From: Candidatus Bathyarchaeota archaeon
GTDB taxonomy: Archaea; Thermoproteota; Bathyarchaeia; TCS64
Reading direction: 5' to 3'
Assembly (NCBI GenBank): GCA_016930055.1
Contig: JAFGHP010000091.1
Span: forward strand, 2,187-66,186
Length of the DNA stretch: 64,000 nt
Shown here: positions 48,501 to 58,212 of the stretch, one piece after another
How the letters are laid out: the number at the start of each line of letters is the position of its first letter
Position numbering within the stretch: position 1 is the first letter of the stretch
Position numbers and translations under genes: made by a program
Notes under the pieces: generated by a model
Told to the model about the DNA's origin: nothing
Seen by the model: only the letters and a program-made list of their open reading frames with translations
Database searches by the model: none

Positions 48501-51096
48501 TTTTCAGTGTTTTTACTTGTTCTAATAATTCTTTTTTTGGAACTGTGCCTACACATATATTATCACGTAGTTTTTTTGAAGCTCTAGTTTTTTTCAGAAT
48601 TTTAAGAATATATTTTGCGTTTTTAATAGCTTCCTCTATACTTTGGAATTTTATATTCTCTTTACTATAATAAACTCCTAGAATTTTTTTATTTATTTCT
48701 TGTTCTTTTTCAACCTTCTCGTAGAGTTTCTTTAATTCTTTTACTGAAATTAAATCTTGAATTATTGAATCAGGTATATTACCGTTTTTAGTAACTTTAG
48801 ATATTTCTTCTTTAATTCTGTAATATGAAGGTCTGAAATATCTAAAGAGTGATGACCCTGGTCCTTCTAGATATGCAATTATGTTTTCGAGGTCAAGATC
48901 TAGTATATTATCTTTATAAATATCTAATTTTTTTTCTAATTCATTTTTACGATCATGATCTTTCTTTATGTTTTGATAGATGTTTTCAACTTTTTTTATA
49001 GTTGATCGTTCCAGCCAACTTGGTTCAGGTTTATTTGGAGATTCGCATAGTTCAGTTAATTTTAAGATTTTTCTAATTTGATTGATAGAAAGATCATCTG
49101 TTTTTAAATCTAAATTATAAATAATGTTTTGTGTTGAATTTATCCAAAAAGGTATATATTTTAAAGTATTTTGGAGAAAATTCATTAAATTAACTATATC
49201 TTTCAATAAACCTCCATCATCATGTTTAGGATTTTGGAGGAGGTGCTTTGCATTAATCCAAGCTTCTAAAATTTTGTCTGAAGACCCTTTAGGTAATGAA
49301 CGAAATCTACTATCATATTTATTTTCTAGATCTTTTCTTAAAGTCCAGTATTGGTCCCACTCAATTTTAGTTTTTTCTGTTTCTTGTTTAAGTTTGAATA
49401 AATCAGTGGTTGTTAACCATTCGGTTGGTGGGTATGGAGTTGAATTTATTAAATTTGCTAGCCTTTGAAGTTTATCATATTCTTCAATTTTTTCAGGGAG
49501 TTCCAAATTAAGTATTGAACAGAATTCTTCAGTTTCTAATAGTAGAGAATTCGATGATGCAATTATTGTGGTGAGAAGATTAACCCAATCAGAACGTACC
49601 TCATTAGAATATTTCTGTACTTTCGCATCTTTCCATGGGAAAGAAGATCCCTCCTCAATAACTATCCAACTGTTTGCTAACCTTCTTACTTGTTCTTCTA
49701 AAATAAAAAATGTTTTTTGATTAAATTTATCGAAATCAGTGTATCCGGAGGGTATTTCTGGAATATGTCTTAATTTAGTAAGTTCATTTAAAATTTGATA
49801 AGCTGAATAATTTGATGGGTCCCTTAATTTGTGGAGGGAGGTAACATATTCATTCAATTGTATTTTACGAGTTTTTAATCTCTCAATATCTTCGGGTGAA
49901 CTAATTTTACCAGGTTTTAGATGCTCAGTTAGTACTCTGTTTAATTCATTAATAACCTCACGTTTATTTGCTTTGTAACTATGAAGTTCTAGGCAATATT
50001 CCTCAAGGTTTCTATCTTTTAACCTATTATACACTACTTCTAATGCAGCCATTTTTTCACTTACGAATAGAACGCTTTTACCTGCAGCAACGTATTCAGA
50101 GATAATATTTGCTATTGTCTGACTTTTTCCCGTTCCTGGTGGTCCATGCATAATGAAAGATTGACCTTGAAGAGCATATTGTATACATAGTTGTTGACTA
50201 CTATCAGCGTCAAGAATTTGATAGGTTTTATTTAGATCATTTTTTTGGTCTAAGTCTTCAATTTTGGGTAAATTTTTTTTAATTAAACCTTCAATGGGAA
50301 TTTTTGATAAGGATTTTATTATTGGGTGTTTCTCTATTAAATTAAAATTTTCTGTAAGATCTTGATATATTGCTAATTTTGAAAAAGAAAATAAACCTAA
50401 GTAACAAGAATTTTCAATTATCCAATTATATTCATTTAAAATTTGCTTTAAATTTATCAAATAAAACGAAGGTTGGAATTCATCATTCTCGTTTATTAAA
50501 GGGGGAAGATTAATATCATAATCATATTTTAGTTTAAGTTTCAAAGCAGGATTTACTATAAGATCTTCTTCTACTGGAGGGACTTTTATTTTGTATGGAG
50601 ATCTTGTTGATTCTTTAATTAACTCAATAGGAGTCATTAAAATTGGTGAAAACGTTTCTTGTTTACTTTCCTTATCAATCCATTTTAAGATTCCATATGT
50701 AATATAAAGAATTCTTATTCCTCTCTCCGTGTATTCAGAGGAAGATCGTCGTTTTAAATTCTTCAAGATCCTATCAATTTGTGTTGCATCAGACCATCCA
50801 GGAAGTAGAACTAAATTTTTCCTAGGTTTACTTTTATCTGAATAAAAATTATTAAGTGGTGGTTGCCATAGTTCCCAATCTTTTTCTTTTATTATTAATC
50901 TATCAAATATAATATCTATATCAGGTGATACAATGTTTATAGTTGAGGTTTTTGTTGGTTGAAAATATATTGATCTATTTCTCCTTGAAAGATCTATTAG
51001 CTTTAATTTCCATTCATCAATTCGTTTAGCAACCTGTTGAGGTTCTTGGGATAGTAATGCAACCACCTCTAGAAACGGAATAGTTATTCTCACCAA
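45520..51096 (-). CDS. Giant protein of 1858 aa with four regions. They are an N-terminal DUF4011-like region, a Upf1-like SF1 helicase (AAA_11/AAA_12), a Vsr/DUF559 endonuclease-like domain and a C-terminal DUF3320-like region. The architecture is Hhe-like.
   Basis: Walker A is HGPPGTGKSQT. Motif II/III-like blocks are VAGDNKQLPP and GDERDVMIISVGYG, and VAITRAKEKVILV follows. A downstream block (...GYVAVTNIGESRLKIDIGV...MGWNIYRIWSPEWV) is Vsr/DUF559-like. Confidence 0.8.
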   Translation of the reverse strand: MVRITIPFLEVVALLSQEPQQVAKRIDEWKLKLIDLSRRNRSIYFQPTKTSTINIVSPDIDIIFDRLIIKEKDWELWQPPLNNFYSDKSKPRKNLVLLPGWSDATQIDRILKNLKRRSSSEYTERGIRILYITYGILKWIDKESKQETFSPILMTPIELIKESTRSPYKIKVPPVEEDLIVNPALKLKLKYDYDINLPPLINENDEFQPSFYLINLKQILNEYNWIIENSCYLGLFSFSKLAIYQDLTENFNLIEKHPIIKSLSKIPIEGLIKKNLPKIEDLDQKNDLNKTYQILDADSSQQLCIQYALQGQSFIMHGPPGTGKSQTIANIISEYVAAGKSVLFVSEKMAALEVVYNRLKDRNLEEYCLELHSYKANKREVINELNRVLTEHLKPGKISSPEDIERLKTRKIQLNEYVTSLHKLRDPSNYSAYQILNELTKLRHIPEIPSGYTDFDKFNQKTFFILEEQVRRLANSWIVIEEGSSFPWKDAKVQKYSNEVRSDWVNLLTTIIASSNSLLLETEEFCSILNLELPEKIEEYDKLQRLANLINSTPYPPTEWLTTTDLFKLKQETEKTKIEWDQYWTLRKDLENKYDSRFRSLPKGSSDKILEAWINAKHLLQNPKHDDGGLLKDIVNLMNFLQNTLKYIPFWINSTQNIIYNLDLKTDDLSINQIRKILKLTELCESPNKPEPSWLERSTIKKVENIYQNIKKDHDRKNELEKKLDIYKDNILDLDLENIIAYLEGPGSSLFRYFRPSYYRIKEEISKVTKNGNIPDSIIQDLISVKELKKLYEKVEKEQEINKKILGVYYSKENIKFQSIEEAIKNAKYILKILKKTRASKKLRDNICVGTVPKKELLEQVKTLKSNLNSWMADKKNLKELLPIKIPNTNTPLTEASLYELEKWATELNLLLKILNNTSQPALITKISDLPSSFNQLIDDLKKTEKIQDFESDEAKKTFSLKQIYGNLYHGISTDWTKVIESIDWTRSFLLLLDSPPSNELIQKVTDPSLNRIQLKLEQNLKLIKQSINELNYRFTKQFWNNNPNDLYLYEVLNVADQFLSRIDDLQYWVDFNDTSKKLCDEGFDQFLTQIYEKKIDKNIIVDVFKKSIFNGLLTQFLEDDINLKNFRVKDHNYIVQDFINLDKVLIETSPNKIIEIANTNKPQGIFVEASDSEISILLREAAKKRRQMPIRHLFDKIPNLIRKLKPCLLMSPISVSQFVIPERLHFDLVIFDEASQIFTEDSVGAIYRGDCLIVAGDNKQLPPTPFFQYVADTDNDWDENSEDIGVYDSVLDECMSIGLPTKMLQWHYRSKHDSLISFSNNKFYDGKLILFPSAIHQGEDLGIDFVHVQNGLYDRGGTRTNFTEAEVVADLVFNHFKKTPNKSLGVVTFSINQMNCVKDEIENRLKNNGDYGKFIQEDRLQGFFVKNLENVQGDERDVMIISVGYGYDKNKIMTLNFGPLNKEGGERRLNVAITRAKEKVILVSSIKSSDINVNSTNSLGIKCLHEYLQYAETQLQKRFNAIISKPEDVTDIEKEVVEEIRKLGYVAVTNIGESRLKIDIGVKIKEEPEKYILGILIDGEYYSSIPTVRDRDRLRIQILENMGWNIYRIWSPEWVIRHSSEIDRLSQALKQAEESRNIRKLNISKNKKETINKINYKIITELESSKLPGAVEYVITDITPKITFNKIKKDQKTLYERFYKQEILQLLPKLVEVEEPIHQELAYKRSNNLLKVKPVTFKHKNIFYNTLNELIKKDKIFKSEDFLWASKNKIAKLRIPKEGRKNTIRKIEYIAPEEIMIAIEKILEHSLGLGINSLIQQTLKIYKIKKTQKTFETISNILEDMISEGKIIFNNDLFVLT

Positions 51097-51547
51097 ATAA
51101 GACTTTATTTTATGTCAAAAAGTATTTAGGAATAGTTTTTATAATCAAATGTTTAAATTCTATTATTTTATGTATAAAATATTGATGTATTCATATAATA
51201 TTTGGTATAAATTTACTTAATATGCAAAAAAGTGGTAAATATTTACTAAAGATTTTGTTTTAATTATTTTATTTTTTCTTAAAACAATATTTAAATTAAT
51301 TTATGAAGTTTAAACATAAATACGTTTTTATTATCAAAAAAAATATGTTAAAATGATTATTAATTTTATTTTGAATTTATATAATTGTATAAATTTTTCA
51401 GCTTATCAAATAATTGATAAAAAAAAGTATCTTGTTATTTTTAAATTAATTAGATTTTTTTTTAATTTATTTATTTTTAAAATTTTTAAAATACTAGCAA
51501 GTCTTTTAACTATTATATGCTTGTGATTGTTAGAGAGGTAAAATCTA
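51097..51547. promoter_or_regulatory. Divergent AT-rich intergenic region of about 450 bp between the Hhe-like gene on the minus strand and tldD on the plus strand.
   Basis: Greater than 85% AT. A GAGAGGT Shine-Dalgarno sits before the tldD ATG. Confidence 0.3.
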
Positions 51548-52990
51548 ATGCAAGAATTAGCTGAAAAAGGGTTAGATAAAGCGTTAAAATTAGGAGTTGA
51601 ATATGCAGATGTAAGAGTTATTGAAAGTGAACGAAGAACTATCAGTGTAAAAGATGGTAAACCAGATAAGCTTTCACATACCCTAGGTTCAGGTTTTGGA
51701 GTAAGAGCAATTGTTAATGGTGGGTGGGGATTTGCTGGTTCACGGGAAATGACCCAAGAAGCAATCCATAAAACTGTTGAACAAGCATTTAGAATAGCGA
51801 AAGCAAGTGCTTTAACCACTAAGAAAAAAGTAAAATTAGTTGAAGTACCCTCAATAACGGCATCATATGAAACCAAAATAGTTAAAGATCCTATTTCAGT
51901 TCCTTTAGAGGAAATACTTGAAATCTTGATCTCAGCTGATCGTTCTTTTAGAGATAAAAGTCCTCATGTTAGATCAACTTCTAGTCAAATAGATGCTAGG
52001 AGAGAAGTTAAATATACATTGACATCAGAGGGAACACGGATTTCACAAAAAATTTACTTATGTGGTGGTGAAGGTAGAGGAATAGTTAGAGGAAATGGAC
52101 AAACCCAAAAAAGGACATATGAAATTAATTATGGTTCAAGAGGTTATGAAAACATTGAAGAAGTAGACCTGTCTGCTCGTGCATCTCAAGCAGCTATAGA
52201 AGCGGAGTCCTTACTTTATGCAGAGGTTTGTCCTACAGAAACCAAATCAGATATAATATTAGATGATTCAAACCTAGCATTACAAATTCATGAAACCATA
52301 GGTCATGGTTCAGAACTTGACCGTGTTCTTGGTACAGAAGTCGATTATGCAGGAATGAGTTTCTTAACACCAGATAAAAAAGGAAATTTCAGATATGGTT
52401 CAAAATACGTAAATTTTGTGGCTGATGCAACTATTGAAGGAGCTGCAGGTTCTTTTGGTTTTGATGACGAAGGAGTACCTGCTAAAATGGTTGATCTTGT
52501 AAAGAATGGTATTTTTGTTGGTTATCAGTCTTCAAGAGAAACTGCTGCTGAGATAGGTGATAAAACGAGTAGTGGAGCAATGAAGGCTTCATCTCCTTTA
52601 AATCTTCCTTTAGTTAGAATGACAAACATTAATCTCCTCCCTGGAGAATGGAAAAGTGAAGAAATTATTGAAGACACAAAAGAAGCTATTTTGATGCGTG
52701 GACAAAACTTGTATTCTGTAGATCAGATGCGTCTAAATTTTCAATTTGGTCCGGAGATAGGTTGGTTAATTAAAAACGGCGAAATAACTAAAGTAATAAG
52801 AAATCCCAGTTATACAGCGATGAGTTATGATTTTTGGGGAAGTGTCGATGCTGTAGCGAAAGATGACTGGAAAATGTATTCTGTGAATGGTTGTGCAAAA
52901 GGAAAACCCGTCCAAGGAATAATTGTAGGACATGGGGGTAGTTGCACCCGATTTAGAAATATCAGAGTAGGAGTTAAGGGAGGTAATTGA
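51548..52990 (+). CDS. tldD: TldD-family metalloprotease.
   Basis: HETIGHGSELD is the HExxxH motif. The N-terminal domain is of PmbA/TldD type. Confidence 0.85.
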   Translation: MQELAEKGLDKALKLGVEYADVRVIESERRTISVKDGKPDKLSHTLGSGFGVRAIVNGGWGFAGSREMTQEAIHKTVEQAFRIAKASALTTKKKVKLVEVPSITASYETKIVKDPISVPLEEILEILISADRSFRDKSPHVRSTSSQIDARREVKYTLTSEGTRISQKIYLCGGEGRGIVRGNGQTQKRTYEINYGSRGYENIEEVDLSARASQAAIEAESLLYAEVCPTETKSDIILDDSNLALQIHETIGHGSELDRVLGTEVDYAGMSFLTPDKKGNFRYGSKYVNFVADATIEGAAGSFGFDDEGVPAKMVDLVKNGIFVGYQSSRETAAEIGDKTSSGAMKASSPLNLPLVRMTNINLLPGEWKSEEIIEDTKEAILMRGQNLYSVDQMRLNFQFGPEIGWLIKNGEITKVIRNPSYTAMSYDFWGSVDAVAKDDWKMYSVNGCAKGKPVQGIIVGHGGSCTRFRNIRVGVKGGN

Positions 52991-54355
52991 ATGAGTTTAT
53001 TAGACATTTCAAAATGGGCTATTGAAGAAGCGATGCGATTAGGGGTCTACCAAGTTGAAGTGACTGCTAATTCTTCGCTAGATACTACAACAAGATTCAC
53101 AAAAAATGCGATACACCAAAATTTAGCATCACATAATCAAAGTTTAAGCGTTAAAGTTATTATGCAGGATAAAAAATCAGGGATATCACTTGTCAATTCA
53201 ATAGATAAGAAGATAATAAAAAGTGGAATAGAAAGAGCAATTAGCATGGCTAAAGTATCATTATCTGATCCAGATTTCAAAACTATGCCTGAACCAAAAA
53301 ATATTACACCAATAAAAGGGATATATTATAATGAAACTGCTGAATATGATCCTGAAGAGAAAGCAAAAAGTGTAAAATTTTTAATTGACACAGCAGCCGA
53401 TTATAATAAAAATATCAAATGGTCAGCAGGTTTATTTACAACCCAAGTAACCAAACTCGCAATAGCTAATTCATTAGGAGTAGGAGTAGAAACAGAATAT
53501 ACCAATTCTTCTATTGAAATTATTACCAAAGCTCAAACTATAGGAACAGAAGGATCAGGATTTGCAGTAGATAGAAAACGAAATGCAAAAGAGATTGATT
53601 TTTATAATGTTGCTTTGAATGCAGCTGAAGATGCAGTAAGTACGATGAACCCAAGAAGAATACCTATAGGAGAATATGAAGCAATTTTTAGGCCTGAAGC
53701 AACTACATTATTTATTGATTATGTAGGTAGCTTAGGTTTTTCAGCTAAAGCATATAATGATGGTCAAAGTTTCTTAATTGGTAAATTAGGTACACAAGTC
53801 TTAAACAATAAACTCACTATATGGGATAATGGAAGAGATCTTTCCACATATATGCCTCAAGCTTTCGATGGTGAAGGAGTACCAAAAAGAGCAATAATGC
53901 TACTTAATGGAGGAGTACCAGAAAATCTGTGTTATGATAATTATACAGCATTAAAATTTGGTAAAGAAAGTACAGGTCACGCACCCATTAGTTTTGGAGG
54001 ACCTCGGGATTCACCTACACCTATACATAAAATTGTAGACAGCGGAGATGCTACTAGTGATGAAATGATTCAAGAAACAAAGAAAGGTGTCTTAATCACT
54101 CGTTTCTGGTATGTTAGAACAATAAGACCAGATCAAGGTACAATTAGCGGTATGACATGTGATGGTATATGGTATATAGAAAATGGTGAAATAAAACACC
54201 CAAGTCAACAAATGAGATTTACGGATTCTTTTGTAAGGGTATTACAAAATATTGATTTAATAGGAAATAAATCAACAGTAAAAGTTACACCTTCGTCTAC
54301 TTTACCAATGTTAAAAACCGCGAACTTTAGGTTTACAGGACATACAGAGTTTTAA
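52991..54355 (+). CDS. TldE/PmbA-family partner protein.
   Basis: Paralog fold lacking the HExxxH motif. It lies immediately adjacent to tldD. Confidence 0.75.
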   Translation: MSLLDISKWAIEEAMRLGVYQVEVTANSSLDTTTRFTKNAIHQNLASHNQSLSVKVIMQDKKSGISLVNSIDKKIIKSGIERAISMAKVSLSDPDFKTMPEPKNITPIKGIYYNETAEYDPEEKAKSVKFLIDTAADYNKNIKWSAGLFTTQVTKLAIANSLGVGVETEYTNSSIEIITKAQTIGTEGSGFAVDRKRNAKEIDFYNVALNAAEDAVSTMNPRRIPIGEYEAIFRPEATTLFIDYVGSLGFSAKAYNDGQSFLIGKLGTQVLNNKLTIWDNGRDLSTYMPQAFDGEGVPKRAIMLLNGGVPENLCYDNYTALKFGKESTGHAPISFGGPRDSPTPIHKIVDSGDATSDEMIQETKKGVLITRFWYVRTIRPDQGTISGMTCDGIWYIENGEIKHPSQQMRFTDSFVRVLQNIDLIGNKSTVKVTPSSTLPMLKTANFRFTGHTEF

Positions 54356-54507
54356 AATAATTTTTTTATTTAAATTTATTTTAAACCATTTTAATTAATT
54401 ATCTATAAAAAATATTGTTTGAAGATTTTTTCATATTTTAAATGATCAAGCTTTTATGCAAAGAGAAATAAAGCCAATATAACAAATTATTTTAAAGGTA
54501 ATTAAAT

Positions 54508-56289
54508 TTGGTTTCAGTAATGAAATGGGATCTTTCAACTCTTATTGATAATTCTGATACAAGCTATATCTTGAACAAATTTGAAGATATGAATATAGAA
54601 GCTGTTAAAATAAATCAAAAATATAAAGGTAAGATATCAAGTTTTAATGCTGAAGAACTTTTAAATTTGTTACTGGAACAAGAGAGATACACAATAAATT
54701 TTGAAGGTGAAGTACTTTATAGTCAACTTCTATACTCTGCAAATTCACTAGATCATAAAGCTAAACAGCTAAATGAAGCAGTTAAAAACACTTTGACGAA
54801 AGTAGGTCAAGAATTAGCTTTCATCGAAATCGAGCTTGGTAATTTAATTAAAAATAAAATAGAAATAATCGATGAACCAATATTAATTGAATATAAACAT
54901 TATCTCGAAAAAATAAATAGAAAAACTCCTCACTTATTAACAGAGGAAGAAGAAAAAATAGTTATTTCTAAAGATTTGAATGGAATAAATGCTTGGAGTC
55001 AGCTTCAGGGAGATTGGTTAAGTACACGTCGTTTCAAAATCATTATTGAAGGAATAGAAAAAATTCTAACTTATGGTGAAATCATCAGTTTATATCAAAG
55101 TAAAAATCGTGAGCTTAGAAAAGAAGCGAATAAAATTGTTTATGAAAAACTAGGTGAAGATGAAATTTTATGGGCAACAGCAATACGATCTGTATGTAAT
55201 GATCATCTTTTAATGTGTAATTTACGTAAATTTCCATCACCATTAACTCAAAGTTTGATAGCTAACGATGTAAAAGAAGAAGAAATCAATGCTTTGCTTA
55301 ATGTAATTGAAAAAAATGTCCAAATTTATAAAAGGTATCTAAATATTAAAGCAAAAATAATGGGTTTACCAAAACTTGGTAATTGGGATATAATAGCACC
55401 TTTACCCAATGGCTATGAGAAAGATTACTCATGGGAAGAAAGCAGACTGATAGTTACAGAAGCTTACAAGAAGTTTGATCCTGAGTGGGGTTTATGGATC
55501 GAAGAAATGTATAATCAAAAACATTTAGATGGTGAACCAAGAGATGGAAAACAAAGTGGTGCTTTTTGTGCAACATGGTTAAGTGGTAAATCAGCATATG
55601 TTTTACAAACTTTTAACAATAAAATTGGTGATGTTTATACTCAAGCACATGAACTCGGTCATGCAATCCATGCTTATCTTGGAACCCGTAATCAAAGTCC
55701 ATTAAATAATGAAATTGGTAGTTGTATTGCAGAGTGTGGAAGTGTATTTGGAGAACTTTTACTTACTGATAAGTTATTAGAAGAGGCAAAAACGAGGGAG
55801 GAAAAACAATCTATTCTAGCTAGTGTTTTAGATGAGTTTGGAATGGCAGCATTCCAAGTATCTGCAAGATTTTGGTTCGAGCAAAGTATATATGATTCAA
55901 TTAAAAAAGGAGTTTTTTTGGATGGAGAAACCGTAGCTGAATTATGGACATCAGCAAGAAACAAAATATATGGTGATACAGTTGAGTGGCTACCTGAAAT
56001 GAAATGGGAATGGACTATGAAACAACACTACTATATTCCTAATTATAGATTCTATAATTATCCATATGTATTTGCTCAATTGTTTGTTTTTTCATTATAT
56101 AGGATCTATAAAGAACAGGGTCCAATATTTTTGCCTAAAATGAGAACACTCTTAGCGGCAGGAAGCAGCAGATCTCCAGAAGATTTAGCTAAAGAACTTG
56201 GTTTTGATATAACTCAAGAAGAATTCTGGAATAAAGGTATAAAACAAGCAGAAGAATTTATGGATCAGTTAGAAGAAACCTTGGTTTAA
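54508..56289 (+). CDS. pepF: M3B oligoendopeptidase F-family protein.
   Basis: TQAHELGHAIH is the HExxH motif. About 590 aa. Confidence 0.8.
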   Translation: MVSVMKWDLSTLIDNSDTSYILNKFEDMNIEAVKINQKYKGKISSFNAEELLNLLLEQERYTINFEGEVLYSQLLYSANSLDHKAKQLNEAVKNTLTKVGQELAFIEIELGNLIKNKIEIIDEPILIEYKHYLEKINRKTPHLLTEEEEKIVISKDLNGINAWSQLQGDWLSTRRFKIIIEGIEKILTYGEIISLYQSKNRELRKEANKIVYEKLGEDEILWATAIRSVCNDHLLMCNLRKFPSPLTQSLIANDVKEEEINALLNVIEKNVQIYKRYLNIKAKIMGLPKLGNWDIIAPLPNGYEKDYSWEESRLIVTEAYKKFDPEWGLWIEEMYNQKHLDGEPRDGKQSGAFCATWLSGKSAYVLQTFNNKIGDVYTQAHELGHAIHAYLGTRNQSPLNNEIGSCIAECGSVFGELLLTDKLLEEAKTREEKQSILASVLDEFGMAAFQVSARFWFEQSIYDSIKKGVFLDGETVAELWTSARNKIYGDTVEWLPEMKWEWTMKQHYYIPNYRFYNYPYVFAQLFVFSLYRIYKEQGPIFLPKMRTLLAAGSSRSPEDLAKELGFDITQEEFWNKGIKQAEEFMDQLEETLV

Positions 56290-56421
56290 TAATAATATAA
56301 TTTTTAAATAATTCATTTTTAAACATAATTAAATTACCTTTTTGAAACCAATTGTTTAAATATATAAAAGTGACATTTGAAGGAACCAAATTTCAAAGAT
56401 TTTGTATATTGAGGAAATAAT

Positions 56422-57711
56422 TTGACAGAAACGAAAAAAGAGATTGGGATAGGAATTCTCAGAGGAAACCTTTTCTGGCTTGTTATTTGTCAATGCATTT
56501 GGCAATTTACTGTTAATATTCCTCGTCCATATTTACCATTATATATTAAATTATTAGGAGGCACTTCCGCAGATATTGGATTAACTAACTCAATGGCTAC
56601 TCTAGCTGGTTTATTTTTATATCCATTAGGAGGATTCATAGCAGATAAAACTGGCCGAGTGAAAATTGTTGGAATAGCAACAATTTTTTATGCTTTTAGT
56701 TTCATACCATTTGCTTTTGCACAAAACTGGCAAACTCTAGCTGCAGCTAGTTTCTTTCAACAATTAGTATTATTTTACGCTCCAATACTAACTGTTTTAC
56801 AAGCTGATTCTATGCCAGCAGGAATGAGAAGCCAGGGTTTCGCTATCGCTATGTCAATTCCTGCTGCATTGGGAATAATTTCACCTTATGTGGGAGGATA
56901 TTTAGTCGATACATTAGGTATTGGTCGCGCAATGAATATTACATACCTAGTCGGTTTCGGTGCAGGACTTCTAGTAGCTGTATTAAGATGGGTTAAACTT
57001 ACTGAAACATTGGATGTTTCAAATATAGAGAAAATTAATTTCAGAAACATACCAAAATTACTTATAGATTCTTATAAAAGTTTTTTTGAGACAATTAAGT
57101 GGATGCCTACAGCAATTCGAGACTTAGCAATATTACAAATGTTAAAGGTATTCTTTGTTGGTATCGCAGGATCATTTTGGATAGTATATGCAACAGATAT
57201 TATTGGATTATCCGCATATTGGTGGGGATTAACATCAGCAATCTCTGGAACAGCTAGGTTATTATTTTCTTATCCTGTGGGTAGAGTTCTTGATCGTGTA
57301 GGAAGAAGTAAATTAATTAAACCAGCTTTATTGATTACACCTTTTATGCCATTATACTTTTTACAAATTGTAGATCACTATCAACTAATATTTTTAGTTA
57401 TACTTATGGCAGGAGTTAACGCATTCCTAATGCCTGGTTTCCAGTCACTTCTTGCAGATTATACTCCACGAGAAAGAAGAGGTCGCGTTACATCTGCTGT
57501 TGGTGGTGGACAATTTTATGTGGATATCAGAGGTGGACAATTGGGTGGAGGCATGCTTCTATTTATTCCTCAAGCAATTGCTCAGTTTATAAGTGGACAA
57601 TTGTATAGTACAAATCCGACCTATCCATTCTATGCAATGTCTTTGGGACTATTAATTACAACAATATGGGCTTGGATAAAGGTTAAAGATCCTGAGAAAC
57701 TATTTGTTTAA
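56422..57711 (+). CDS. MFS transporter.
   Basis: Twelve TM segments predicted by eye. GGFIADKTGR is motif A. Confidence 0.75.
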   Translation: MTETKKEIGIGILRGNLFWLVICQCIWQFTVNIPRPYLPLYIKLLGGTSADIGLTNSMATLAGLFLYPLGGFIADKTGRVKIVGIATIFYAFSFIPFAFAQNWQTLAAASFFQQLVLFYAPILTVLQADSMPAGMRSQGFAIAMSIPAALGIISPYVGGYLVDTLGIGRAMNITYLVGFGAGLLVAVLRWVKLTETLDVSNIEKINFRNIPKLLIDSYKSFFETIKWMPTAIRDLAILQMLKVFFVGIAGSFWIVYATDIIGLSAYWWGLTSAISGTARLLFSYPVGRVLDRVGRSKLIKPALLITPFMPLYFLQIVDHYQLIFLVILMAGVNAFLMPGFQSLLADYTPRERRGRVTSAVGGGQFYVDIRGGQLGGGMLLFIPQAIAQFISGQLYSTNPTYPFYAMSLGLLITTIWAWIKVKDPEKLFV

Positions 57712-57779
57712 AGAAATATTTAAAAAAATAAATTAGTCAAAAATTTATGAATTTAGACAACAAATTTGTATTGATATAA

Positions 57780-58211
57780 TTAATTAACAACTACATTTTC
57801 TAAATCAAAATATCTTTTGGCTAAAAACCTGATTTTTTTAATATTTTCTCCATTTTTACCGATAGCTATGCCTTTATCTTTAGGATCCACATTTACCATT
57901 GCTATTTTGTGACCGTCCATTCGATCGACTAATCTAATATCCTTTACTTTAGCAGGTTTCAATGCATTACGTAGGAATTTGTCTGGGTCTTCCATATATT
58001 CAAAAATCTCAACTTGTTTATTGGTCATTGAACGGAAACGTCTTATTTTATCTCCACCTTTCCCAACAGCAAGTCCGACTTCACCTTTTCTAACAGTAAA
58101 AAGAATTGTTTCTCCATCAATAATACAGTCCACTATGGTGGCTCCTGTCATATTTTGTAAAAGTTGTATAAACTTCATCTCATTTTCTGTAATTTTTACA
58201 TTACTAAGCAT
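57780..58211 (-). CDS. nusA: Archaeal NusA-like transcription termination factor with two KH domains.
   Basis: GKGG and GKNG KH loops are present. Its position downstream of rpoA and rpl30e is the expected one. Confidence 0.8.
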   Translation of the reverse strand: MLSNVKITENEMKFIQLLQNMTGATIVDCIIDGETILFTVRKGEVGLAVGKGGDKIRRFRSMTNKQVEIFEYMEDPDKFLRNALKPAKVKDIRLVDRMDGHKIAMVNVDPKDKGIAIGKNGENIKKIRFLAKRYFDLENVVVN

Positions 58212-58212
58212 C

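Noticed and set aside
51406-51876. 156-aa minus-strand ORF overlapping the tldD start and the AT-rich spacer.
   Set aside because: It is a low-complexity translation of AT-rich DNA and overlaps a well-supported tldD N-terminus. It is probably spurious.
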